27,592 nucleotides of DNA from a bacterium (GTDB lineage Bacteria > Zhuqueibacterota > Zhuqueibacteria > Zhuqueibacterales > Zhuqueibacteraceae), in the NCBI GenBank assembly GCA_044869275.1, contig JBIOXB010000157.1, forward strand, positions 1 to 27,592. Direction: 5' to 3'. The notes under the pieces are model-generated. The model was not told the origin of the DNA and did not search any database. It was given only the letters and a program-made list of their open reading frames with translations. A program made the translations under genes and the position numbers. This document shows, one piece after another, positions 16,653 to 24,913 of the stretch (the stretch's first letter is position 1; each line of letters begins with the position of its first letter).

Positions 16653-17054
16653 ATGGAAAACTGGCCTTACTCCCCTGAAAACGACGACGAATCGTCCGAT
16701 GCGGACGCCGGATCCTCGGAGTCCATGGAAGACATGGAATCCGATGATTTTGGCTCGGGCGCCGCAGCCAACAAGCCGCTTTGGGATGATGCTAGCGAAA
16801 TGACGCCGAGCGCGCCGGCCGTGACGGAGAAGCCCAAAGCCAAGTCACCTGCCCCCAAGAAGGCAGCCCGGAAGCCGGCGGCGAAAAAGAAAACCGTGAA
16901 AAAGAAAGCGGCCAAGAAAGCCCCCGCCAGGAAAAAAGCAGCAAAAAAGAAAGCTGCGGCGAAACCGGCGAAGAGAAAATCGGCAGCCAAGAGAAAACCG
17001 GCAGCCAAGAAAAAAGCGGCCAAAAAGAAAACCGTGAAGCGTGGCCGGCGCTAA
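16653..17054 (+). CDS. Histone H1-like Lys/Ala/Pro-rich protein with acidic N-terminus
   Basis: C-terminal KKAARKPAAKKKTVKKKAAKK... repeats; N-terminal D/E/S-rich tract; GGAGGA RBS before ATG 16653. Confidence 0.8.
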   Translation: MENWPYSPENDDESSDADAGSSESMEDMESDDFGSGAAANKPLWDDASEMTPSAPAVTEKPKAKSPAPKKAARKPAAKKKTVKKKAAKKAPARKKAAKKKAAAKPAKRKSAAKRKPAAKKKAAKKKTVKRGRR

Positions 17055-17099
17055 GCGGCCGCTATCCTGGTAGAGCTCTCGTTTCCGGCGCATTTTCTG

Positions 17100-17118
17100 T
17101 TTGAAAGATTCTTTCAAA
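17100..17118. promoter_or_regulatory. Perfect palindrome, operator-like
   Basis: TTTGAAAG-ATT-CTTTCAAA. Confidence 0.4.
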
Positions 17119-17121
17119 GTC

Positions 17122-17238
17122 ATTGCCCAAGCTTGCAGTTCCGCACCAAGAGCTCGCGGCGATTTGGGATGAGTTTTTTGCTCTTCCACGCCATGCGAGA
17201 GGGAGGAGACGAATTCATCATGCTGTAGCTTGGGCAAT
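17122..17238. other. 117-nt closed fold-back element (candidate ncRNA or MITE)
   Basis: Perfect 12-bp terminal inverted repeat ATTGCCCAAGCT/AGCTTGGGCAAT with internal stems. Confidence 0.5.
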
Positions 17239-17323
17239 TTGTTTTTGTGGACCGCACGCCTGATTGCCATCACCCTTCTGCTGAAGTCTTCATTTGCACT
17301 CCCGGTTGGCGCCAATCGCCGCT

Positions 17324-18136
17324 ATGCTCTCAACCGCTGAATTGAAAATCCGCCTGGATGCCGCCCTCGAAGCGAGTTGGCGCGCGGGCAGAATCACCCT
17401 GGAATACTATCAATCGGGTCTGGCTGTGCAGACGAAAGACGACGGTTCGCCGGTGACCCAGGCTGACCTGCGGGCGGAACAGGAAATTCGCCGGCTGCTC
17501 TCCCAAAGCTTTCCGCATGACGCCATCGTGGGAGAAGAGGGCGAAAAGGACTTATCCCGCCCGGAGGGGACGTGGTATCTCGATCCCATTGACGGCACGC
17601 GCAGCTTCATTTGCGGCGTGCCCTTTTATGGCGTGCTCATCGCTTTTGAGGTGCAGCGCGAAGTATTGCTCGGCGTGGTGAATTTTCCCGCGCTGAATGA
17701 AATTGTCTGGGCGGTGCGCGGTGAAGGCTGCTATTGGAATGGCCGGCGGGCGCGGGTCTCTACGGTCGCGAATTTGCGAGAGGCGACGCTGTTGACCACG
17801 GATTCCTATCACATGGAGAAGCTGGGATATTCCGCCTCGTGGCGGCAACTCTGCGCCGCGACCAAACTGCAGCGCACCTGGGGAGACGCTTACGGCCACG
17901 TGCTTGTGGCCACCGGCCGCGCCGAAGTGATGATTGATCCCAGAATGAACGTGTGGGATTGCGGCCCGTTGTTGCCCATTCTCACCGAAGCCGGCGGCTG
18001 CTTTACGGATTGGAGCGGCGTTCCCACCATTCACGGCACGAACGCATTTTCCTCCAACGGTTTGCTGCACGAGGAAGTGCACAGAGTTCTTGCGGCCACA
18101 AGTCAAGTTGAACCCGCGGAAATCCCTCCGGGCTAA
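17324..18136 (+). CDS. hisN: Histidinol-phosphate phosphatase, inositol monophosphatase family
   Basis: KDDGSPVTQAD, GEEG, WYLDPIDGTRSFICGVP, RTWGDAYGH..VATGRAE, WDCGPL..ILTEAGG. Confidence 0.82.
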   Translation: MLSTAELKIRLDAALEASWRAGRITLEYYQSGLAVQTKDDGSPVTQADLRAEQEIRRLLSQSFPHDAIVGEEGEKDLSRPEGTWYLDPIDGTRSFICGVPFYGVLIAFEVQREVLLGVVNFPALNEIVWAVRGEGCYWNGRRARVSTVANLREATLLTTDSYHMEKLGYSASWRQLCAATKLQRTWGDAYGHVLVATGRAEVMIDPRMNVWDCGPLLPILTEAGGCFTDWSGVPTIHGTNAFSSNGLLHEEVHRVLAATSQVEPAEIPPG

Positions 18137-18142
18137 GGCGGG

Positions 18143-18201
18143 ACGAAAAACGAAATGCGAAAACCCGGATCGTTTGGAGCGCGTTTGGATTTTGGCTTGC
18201 G
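18143..18201. repeat. Degenerate heptamer tandem repeats
   Basis: ACGAAAA ACGAAAT GCGAAAA ... GCGTTTG GATTTTG GCTTGCG. Confidence 0.45.
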
Positions 18202-18212
18202 GATATGAAGTC

Positions 18213-19619
18213 ATGGAATTTTCGCCGGAACGGAAACATTCTCTCTATCTATTGACGCGCGCTTTGGGCAAAGCCGGGCTGGGTATCTTCTTTCAAAGCA
18301 TCGAGGTGCAGCATCCGGAGCGCATCGGCGAGCGTGGGCCCGCAGTGTTCGTGGCCAATCATCCGAATTCGATCATGGACGCGCTGGTATTGGGCGTCGC
18401 CATTCCGCGCAAGGTCAATTATATCGCGCATGCCGGCCTGTTTCGGCCGCGCTTGGTAAACTGGTTTTTGCGCCGTTGCGGCGTCATTCCGGTGCATCGC
18501 CGGCAGGACGATCCCGGCATGATGGTACAGAATGTCTCGGCGTTTCAAGCCTGCTATGAAACGCTGGAAAATGGCGAGACCATCGGCATTTTCCCGGAGG
18601 GCACGAGCGACATGCTGCGCAAAGTGAAGAAGGTGAAAACCGGTGCCGCGCGCATGGTGCTGGAGACGGAAGCCCGCAACGGCTACGATCTTGGCGTGCG
18701 GCTCGTTCCCGTCGGGCTGCACTTTTTCTCACGCTCGCGCTTCCGCAGCCGGGTGCTGGTCAATGTCGGCGAAGCGATTCCACTGGTGAAATATTTCACG
18801 CGGTACAATAGCGATCCGGTGGGCGGCGTCACCGCGCTGACGCAGGAAATTCAAGCCCGGCTGGAGAAGCTCACCGTCAATATTCGCGACGACGAGCTCA
18901 ACAAAGTGGTGCGCGATCTGGAAACGATTTATGGCGAAGAATTGAAAACGGAATGGGCGGGCAGCGGCGTTTCGGCCTCGAGTTTTCAGGAGTTTTTCCT
19001 CACGCAGAAGATTGCGGAATGCGTGCAATACTATCGGGAACAGGATCCCCTCCGCCTCGACTTCATTCGCGACCAGGTTGCCGCTTATAAGCGCAAGCTG
19101 GCGCGGCTGAATTTGCGCGATGAATGGCTGCGCGATCAGGCCATTCAGCGCCACGCCTGGCAGGAGGGCTGGAAGTCCGGCGCGGTCGCCATTTTAGGGT
19201 TTCCTCTCGCATTTTATGGCATGGTAAATAATGCGCTTCCCTATTTTATTGCTGAAAGCGCGGCGCGCCGTTTTTTGGATGAGCGCACCAAGATTCTGAC
19301 CGCGCTCTTGCTGGCGGGGGGATTGGCGTTTCTGTTTTGCTATGCGGTGCAAGCCCTGCTGGTATTCCAATGGCGGGGCTGGCCCTGGACGGTGCTTTAT
19401 GCGCTCAGTTTGCCCCTCAGCGGATTCTGGGCGCTGTCTTATGTGAAACGCCTGCGCGCTTATCGCGAACAGGCGAGTTTTTCCTTATTCCGGTTTGCCA
19501 ACCGGAATCTGATCCATCGTTTGCGCCTGCAACGGCGGCGCCTGATCCGCCTGATCAATCAAGCCCGCGATGAGTTTGTGGCGGTGCAACAAAGGCAGAA
19601 GCAGGCAACAATCGCATAG
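18213..19619 (+). CDS. Lysophospholipid/glycerol-3-phosphate acyltransferase (PlsC family) with C-terminal TM helices
   Basis: FVANHPNSIMD (HxxxxD), IPVHRRQD, IFPEGTS, KTGAARM, LVPVGL. Start at ATG 18213. Confidence 0.87.
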   Translation: MEFSPERKHSLYLLTRALGKAGLGIFFQSIEVQHPERIGERGPAVFVANHPNSIMDALVLGVAIPRKVNYIAHAGLFRPRLVNWFLRRCGVIPVHRRQDDPGMMVQNVSAFQACYETLENGETIGIFPEGTSDMLRKVKKVKTGAARMVLETEARNGYDLGVRLVPVGLHFFSRSRFRSRVLVNVGEAIPLVKYFTRYNSDPVGGVTALTQEIQARLEKLTVNIRDDELNKVVRDLETIYGEELKTEWAGSGVSASSFQEFFLTQKIAECVQYYREQDPLRLDFIRDQVAAYKRKLARLNLRDEWLRDQAIQRHAWQEGWKSGAVAILGFPLAFYGMVNNALPYFIAESAARRFLDERTKILTALLLAGGLAFLFCYAVQALLVFQWRGWPWTVLYALSLPLSGFWALSYVKRLRAYREQASFSLFRFANRNLIHRLRLQRRRLIRLINQARDEFVAVQQRQKQATIA

Positions 19620-19664
19620 AGGTGAGGCCCAAGGATTGAGATCCAAGTTACTTCCCCAGTTCTC

Positions 19665-19735
19665 AAACCGCGAATGGACGCCAATAACCGCGAATCGAAA
19701 ATATATTAGCGCACATTCGCGTGAATTAGCGGTTT
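19665..19735. repeat. Palindromic element of 10-nt-periodic subrepeats (REP-like)
   Basis: AAACCGCGAAT GGACGCCAAT AACCGCGAAT, 9-nt loop, ATTAGCGCAC ATTCGCGTGA ATTAGCGGTTT. Confidence 0.75.
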
Positions 19736-19754
19736 CAACTTGGCATAAAAGATC

Positions 19755-20513
19755 GTGATTGACTTCATCCACAGAGATTCCACCGCCAGTGATAAACCAC
19801 AAGCGCGCGGGCGCTGGCAAATGCTGGTGAGCGATTTCAGCCACGCTCTGGCTTTGGAACGCTTCGGGCCGCGCCTGGCGCAGCGCATTTTGTGGCGTGT
19901 GGAAACCTCGGAGCGCGTGGTGGCACTGTCTTTCGACGACGGCCCTCATCCGCAATTCACGCCCGCCATTCTCGATCTGCTCGCAGAGCACCAACTGCCG
20001 GCGACGTTCTTTTTGATCGGCAAATACGTGCGCCATCATCCGGAGGTGGCACGGCGGCTCGCCAGCATCGGCCATGAACTGGGCAATCACACGCTGAATC
20101 ATCGCATGCTGCCGTTTTTGCGCGCAGAGTTCATTCGCCACGAAATCCTGCAGACTGATCAAATCATTCGCGACGCGACGGGCTATCAGCCCAGGCTCAT
20201 GCGCCCGCCCATGGGGCTGTTTACGAGACGCACAGTCAATGTGATCGAAGCTTGCGGCTATGGCACGGTGGTGGGGGACGTTTATCCGCGCGATCCGCAT
20301 CTGCCCGGACGCGACCGGATTCATCGTCGCGTGATGGCGCGCGTGCGGCCGGGCAGCATCGTCATTTTGCACGACGGCGGCAACACCGCGCACGTGGATC
20401 GCAGCCAGACCGTTTGGGCGGTGCGGCATATCATCAATGACTTGCGGCAGGAAGGTTATCGGTTCGTGACCATTTCGGATCTCGTTGATCGCGCCAGGAT
20501 AGCCGTGTGTTGA
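19755..20513 (+). CDS. Polysaccharide deacetylase (NodB/CE4 family)
   Basis: VALSFDDGP, ATFFLIG, HELGNHTLNH, MRPPMG, GSIVILHDGG, GYRFVTISDL. Start uncertain. Confidence 0.92.
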   Translation: MIDFIHRDSTASDKPQARGRWQMLVSDFSHALALERFGPRLAQRILWRVETSERVVALSFDDGPHPQFTPAILDLLAEHQLPATFFLIGKYVRHHPEVARRLASIGHELGNHTLNHRMLPFLRAEFIRHEILQTDQIIRDATGYQPRLMRPPMGLFTRRTVNVIEACGYGTVVGDVYPRDPHLPGRDRIHRRVMARVRPGSIVILHDGGNTAHVDRSQTVWAVRHIINDLRQEGYRFVTISDLVDRARIAVC

Positions 20514-20539
20514 ATTTTCTCCCTCTCCCCGTGAAACCA

Positions 20540-22273
20540 ATGCTCCGGCGTCTCTGCCGTTACCCCTCTTCCCTGTATGCCGCCCTGAAAAAATCAAGTT
20601 GGGTGATACTTTTGTTCTTTGGTTGGAATTGTGCGCGCCAAGGTTTTCCTCCTGGCGGACCGGCCGATACCCTGCCACCGCTTATCGTGCAGGTCGTCCC
20701 CTCGCCCGATTCTACCCACGTAAGCCGCCAGACCTCCTTGGTTTTCTCTTTCAGCGAAAAGATCGACCACAAGAGCTTTGAGCAGGCGATTTTCATCACT
20801 CCGAGCCCAGTGCCGTTGGATGATGATGAGCGCGGCCTGCGCTTTTCCTGGCGCGACAAAGAAGTGCAGATTCGCTTTCCGGATTCGCTGCGCGCCAACC
20901 GGACTTACGTCGTCACCGTGGGCGCAGACGTTCGCGATTTGCGCAACAACCGGATGAAAGAGTCCTTTTCACTCGCGTTTTCCACTGGCGACAGCCTGGA
21001 TCGAGGTGAAATTCGGGGCCGTGTTTTTGCCGATAAGGCCACCGGCGCCTTGATTCTCGCTTACATTCTTGAAGAGGGCAAGGAGCCTGATCCTCGCCGG
21101 AACTACGCCGACTATTATACCCAGCTTGGCGAAACCGGCGAATTTGTGTTGTCGAATCTCGCGCCCGGGAAGTACCGCGTGTTCGTTTTGACCGATAGCG
21201 ACGGCGACCGCCTCTATACTCGCGGCGAGGAGATGTTCGGCGTGCCGCCGCGCGATGTGACTATAACACCGCAAGTGCTGCGCGCACGCCCGCTGTCATT
21301 CCGCCTGGCTGTTGCCGACACCCTCCTGCCGGCGCTCTCTTCTGTTTCTGCCGCCGCACAGCGATATGTGATGTGGAATTTTGACGAAGCCGTTGCGCCA
21401 CACGATTCGGCCTGGGTTCGGCATATGTATTTGGTTTCGGAGCGTGGCGACAGCGCGCGCATTTTGCTGGCCGCGCCTCATCCACTGGAGCCCGCGCAAA
21501 TTTACAGCGTTACCGCGGAATTACAGGAAGCCAAGTATCGTGCCTGGGTCGATTCTGTGTACGATCAAACCGGGGTGCTGCTGGACTCGTTGCGCAGCGC
21601 TTCGGAATTGCAGGGCACAGCCCGGCCGGATACGGCGCGGCCTCGGGTCGTAAAAATTTCGATCGCGGACAGTGTACAGAACGTTTTGTTGCAGGCGCCG
21701 ATCGACCTGTTTTTTTCTGAAATCATGCGGACCGATACGGCGCAAACGCTCTTGCTCGTGCGGGATTCTTCCGGCGTTGTTGTGCGCGGCGAGCTGCACT
21801 GGCCCAATCCCCTGCAATTGCGCTTTCAACCGTGGCCGCGCTGGCATAGCCGCGCGCGCTACACGGCCCAGATGCGGGCAGAAGCATTGAAAGACTGGAG
21901 CGGCAATGCCGTGTTCGATACCACGGGCGTGATTACGTTTTGGACGATTAATGCGGACACCTTCGCCTCGATCAGCGGCAAGATTACCGACAGCGATTCG
22001 ACCGGCCGAGGCGGCGTGCTGGTGTTCGCCAAACAAATGGGAGGCAAGGCCGACTATCAAGTGCGGCTGGATCAGCCCGGCGCGTATCTTTTCCGCGAAA
22101 TCTTGCCCGGCAGTTATCAGATCAGCGCCTTTCGCGACGCCAACCGCAACGGCCGCTATGATTACGGTTCCCTGTTGCCCTTCATTCCTGCCGAGCGTTA
22201 CATGGCCTGGCCGGACACCATCAAAGTCCGCTCGCGCTGGCCAAATGAGCACAATGATTTCGAATTGCCATAA
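20540..22273 (+). CDS. Ig-like (Big_5-type) domain lipoprotein
   Basis: Signal peptide then C-ARQGFPPGGPADTLPP; FSFSEKID, FSLAFSTGDSLD; two prealbumin-like repeats with Ca-loop motifs DSDGDRLY and DANRNGRYD. Start could be 20507. Confidence 0.75.
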   Translation: MLRRLCRYPSSLYAALKKSSWVILLFFGWNCARQGFPPGGPADTLPPLIVQVVPSPDSTHVSRQTSLVFSFSEKIDHKSFEQAIFITPSPVPLDDDERGLRFSWRDKEVQIRFPDSLRANRTYVVTVGADVRDLRNNRMKESFSLAFSTGDSLDRGEIRGRVFADKATGALILAYILEEGKEPDPRRNYADYYTQLGETGEFVLSNLAPGKYRVFVLTDSDGDRLYTRGEEMFGVPPRDVTITPQVLRARPLSFRLAVADTLLPALSSVSAAAQRYVMWNFDEAVAPHDSAWVRHMYLVSERGDSARILLAAPHPLEPAQIYSVTAELQEAKYRAWVDSVYDQTGVLLDSLRSASELQGTARPDTARPRVVKISIADSVQNVLLQAPIDLFFSEIMRTDTAQTLLLVRDSSGVVVRGELHWPNPLQLRFQPWPRWHSRARYTAQMRAEALKDWSGNAVFDTTGVITFWTINADTFASISGKITDSDSTGRGGVLVFAKQMGGKADYQVRLDQPGAYLFREILPGSYQISAFRDANRNGRYDYGSLLPFIPAERYMAWPDTIKVRSRWPNEHNDFELP

Positions 22274-22292
22274 CCCGGACAAGCCGGAATGC

Positions 22293-22351
22293 CAAAATTC
22301 AAAACACAAAATCCAAAAGCGGCTTTGAATTTTGCGCTTTGGATTTTTGAT
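22293..22351. repeat. Inverted heptamer tandem repeat block
   Basis: CAAAATT CAAAACA CAAAATC CAAAAGC / TTTGAAT TTTGCGC TTTGGAT TTTTGAT. Confidence 0.7.
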
Positions 22352-22356
22352 TTTCT

Positions 22357-22380
22357 TTGCTCAACAAGCACAGATTTCAC
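22357..22380 (-). repeat. Dispersed 24-bp repeat, copy 2
   Basis: Reverse complement GTGAAATCTGTGCTTGTTGAGCAA, 23/24 identical to 4697-4720. Confidence 0.8.
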
Positions 22381-22420
22381 ATGTAATGGACTTTGCGGAC
22401 TGGTCACAACCGAGCATGTT

Positions 22421-22481
22421 TTTTACGTTTCACGAAATACGCATGATGTGGCCCGTAAGGCGTAAAACATAATGCGTAAGT
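22421..22481. repeat. Second inverted heptamer tandem repeat block
   Basis: TTTTACG TTTCACG AAATACG / CGTAAGG CGTAAAA CATAATG CGTAAGT. Confidence 0.65.
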
Positions 22482-22497
22482 AAGGATAACCATAACC

Positions 22498-23763
22498 ATG
22501 CACTTCTACTATTCTTCCGCGCAGCTGTTTTGTGAACAAATGCCCGTTGCTGAAATTGCCAACCAAGTTGAAACCCCGTTTTATTTGTACAGCCGCCGCA
22601 CGTATCAGGAAAATTTTCGCGCGATCGAGGGCGCGTTCAGCGGGCGGCCGCATCGCGTTTGTTATGCGCTCAAGGCCAATACCAATCCCCATCTGCTGCG
22701 CGATTTTGCCGCCCTGGGGGCAGGCGCCGATGTGGTTTCCGGCGGCGAGCTGCATTTCGCCTTGCAAGCCGGAATTCCGGCGCGTACCATTGTCTTCGCC
22801 GGTGTGGGCAAGAGAGATGATGAAATCATCGCTGGTTTGCAGGCAGGCATTCGCGGTTTCAATGTCGAATCTGAGGCGGAGCTGGAAAACCTCGATGCTT
22901 TGGCCCGGACGCGCGGCATGAAAGCGCCGGTGGCCTTGCGCGTCAACCCGAACATCGATATTCAGGGCCATCCTTATATTTCTACCGGCCGGCAGGCAGA
23001 CAAATTCGGCATCGAGTTGGAGCGCGTGCGCGCTTTGCTCAAGGAGATTCAGAAATGGTCTCATCTGCGCCTGACCGGCTTGCACGCGCACGTGGGCTCG
23101 CAGATTCTGTCATTGGATCCTTACGCGGAAGTGGGCAGGGTACTGGCGCAACTAGCGAAAGAAGCGCAGGCCGCAGGCCATGAGTTGGATTATATCGATG
23201 TGGGAGGGGGGCTGGGAGTTATTTATCAAGAGGCCCTGGAGGCCGCGCCGGAAACGCAACCGCGCAGCGGCCTGGCACTCCCGCCGAGCAGCGTTGCGGA
23301 AAAATTGCTGGCGCCGCTGGCAAGTTTCCGTGGAGAAATTATTTTTGAGCCGGGCCGCGCGCTGGTGGCCACATGCGGAATTTTGGTGACGCGCGTGCTC
23401 TATACCAAAGTTTCCGGCGGCAAGCAATTCGTCATTGCCGACGCCAGCATGTCGGAGCTGATCCGGCCGAGCCTGTATCAGGCGTATCACCAAATCGTGC
23501 CGGTGACCTATCGTGCCGGCGTGTCGCAAAAATGCGACGTGGCCGGGCCCGTGTGCGAATCCGGAGACTTTTTGGGGAAGGAGCGCGAGTTGCCGCCCAT
23601 GCAGCGTGGCGAGTTGCTTGCGATTATGACCGCAGGCGCTTATGGCTTTTCATTGAGCTCGAATTACAATGCGCGGCCACGCCCGGCGGAAGCCATCGTC
23701 GACGGAGACAGCTTTTTCGTTTCCCGGCCGCGCCAGTCACTGGATTCTTTGTGGAAAAGCTAA
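22498..23763 (+). CDS. lysA: Diaminopimelate decarboxylase
   Basis: TPFYLY, PLP lysine YALKAN, DVVSGGEL, FAGVGK, LRVNP, HPYISTG..DKFG, HVGSQI, DVGGGLG, EPGR, IRPSLY, GPVCESGD, AGAYGFSLSSNYN. Confidence 0.95.
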   Translation: MHFYYSSAQLFCEQMPVAEIANQVETPFYLYSRRTYQENFRAIEGAFSGRPHRVCYALKANTNPHLLRDFAALGAGADVVSGGELHFALQAGIPARTIVFAGVGKRDDEIIAGLQAGIRGFNVESEAELENLDALARTRGMKAPVALRVNPNIDIQGHPYISTGRQADKFGIELERVRALLKEIQKWSHLRLTGLHAHVGSQILSLDPYAEVGRVLAQLAKEAQAAGHELDYIDVGGGLGVIYQEALEAAPETQPRSGLALPPSSVAEKLLAPLASFRGEIIFEPGRALVATCGILVTRVLYTKVSGGKQFVIADASMSELIRPSLYQAYHQIVPVTYRAGVSQKCDVAGPVCESGDFLGKERELPPMQRGELLAIMTAGAYGFSLSSNYNARPRPAEAIVDGDSFFVSRPRQSLDSLWKS

Positions 23764-23782
23764 TGCCTTGTTATTTTTAATC

Positions 23783-24265
23783 CTAAAGCCCATGCCCCGG
23801 ACCGTATATAACGGGCTCGTCATAACCGATTTGCTGCAACTTGGCAATGAGGCCTCTTCTGCGCAACAGCAGAAGGGTCTTTTGGGCTGCTTTGGCGGAA
23901 CGGTATTTGCCGATGCCCACCAGCCACTCGTCCCCCACGTGATCGATGAAGTTGTTGATGCGATACGTGCGCAGAACATAAGCCAGTTCCTGCGCTTGTT
24001 GCTTCGTGGGAAGACTGCTCACCAGCACGGTATATTCGTCCGGGCCGAGCTCGAACTCTTCCTTTATACCATCAAAGGTCAGATCGGCGAGGTCGCCTTT
24101 ACCTCCGCCGTTCAGTGCGCCTTTGGCTTCCGGCTTGGGCGGCGTGTTGCTGCCGCCGGAAATGCCGTCGCGGTTGGCAGGCGGCGTATCCGTGCGTTGT
24201 GTACAAGCCGGGGCAAGAAAGGTGAGCGTTGTTGCAAGGATCAAAAAATAAGTTCTCATGGTCAT
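23783..24265 (-). CDS. SPOR-domain lipoprotein
   Basis: Lipobox-like LAPAC after a hydrophobic stretch; YTVLVSS....QQAQELA..LR....WLVGIGKYRSAKAAQK...LRRRG. TAATG coupling to the upstream gene. Confidence 0.72.
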   Translation of the reverse strand: MTMRTYFLILATTLTFLAPACTQRTDTPPANRDGISGGSNTPPKPEAKGALNGGGKGDLADLTFDGIKEEFELGPDEYTVLVSSLPTKQQAQELAYVLRTYRINNFIDHVGDEWLVGIGKYRSAKAAQKTLLLLRRRGLIAKLQQIGYDEPVIYGPGHGL

Positions 24266-24756
24266 TATGGCGGCGGCGCATAACAGCCGCAAATGGGACG
24301 GTGCCGAATAGCTGCTTTGAGATCGTCAAACGGAGTATAAACATCGGCTTTCTCATATCCCTTTTCAACCAAACGATCTCTCATGGAGGCCGCTTGCTGA
24401 AACGTGGTATAGCGACCGACGGCCACTACCCAGGTATTGTAGTTCGGCCGCTGAAAAACAAAATTGTTAATGCGCCGGCTGCGCAAATTGGCGGATAATT
24501 CGTCCGCCAGGCTGCGCGATCGTTCCGGAAACTCGCGCACCCTGACGGTGAATTCTCCTCGGAAACGCTCTCCCGTCGTGGTATAAACAGGTTGTGAATT
24601 GACGCAGCCAGCGGGCGGCAGCTCTTTGCCAGGCTCCACGTTCGGATCCGTTCCAAAATGAATGCGAAAAAACGGTGAGCCGAAGCCAATCATTACCAAC
24701 AGCAAAACGATAAAAATTGCCCATATGGGAGTATAAGACTTTTGTGGTTCTGCCAT
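24265..24756 (-). CDS. Membrane-anchored SPOR-domain protein
   Basis: N-terminal TM; FTVRVREF...LADEL..NLR....WVVAVGRYTTFQQAASMRDRLVEKGY. Start at ATG 24756. Confidence 0.72.
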   Translation of the reverse strand: MAEPQKSYTPIWAIFIVLLLVMIGFGSPFFRIHFGTDPNVEPGKELPPAGCVNSQPVYTTTGERFRGEFTVRVREFPERSRSLADELSANLRSRRINNFVFQRPNYNTWVVAVGRYTTFQQAASMRDRLVEKGYEKADVYTPFDDLKAAIRHRPICGCYAPPP

Positions 24757-24913
24757 GCCCGAGATCCTTCGCACAAAAAAATCGCGCCTCGTTCTGCTCC
24801 CGCCCGGCGTCCGGTCAGCGCACCCCAATCATTGTCAGCGCGCAACTAATTATGTACAAAATAAACATAAAATGTTAGGATGGCAAGACCATTCTTTCTG
24901 GGAAAGGTGAAAA

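Noticed and set aside
17122..17238. 5S rRNA resemblance (about 117 nt, branched, contains CCATGCGAGAG)
   Set aside because: Lacks the conserved CCGAAC loop, the arm lengths are wrong, and there is no rRNA operon context.
16845..17315. 156-aa and 118-aa minus-strand ORFs over the H1-like gene
   Set aside because: Phe/Leu/Ala-rich mirror translations of the Lys-rich repeats.
19485..20678. 397-aa minus-strand ORF
   Set aside because: Antisense to three well-supported plus-strand genes and runs through a repeat element.
22293..22481. CRISPR array or lysine riboswitch upstream of lysA
   Set aside because: Repeat units are 7 nt without unique spacers, there are no cas genes, and no L-box consensus is visible.
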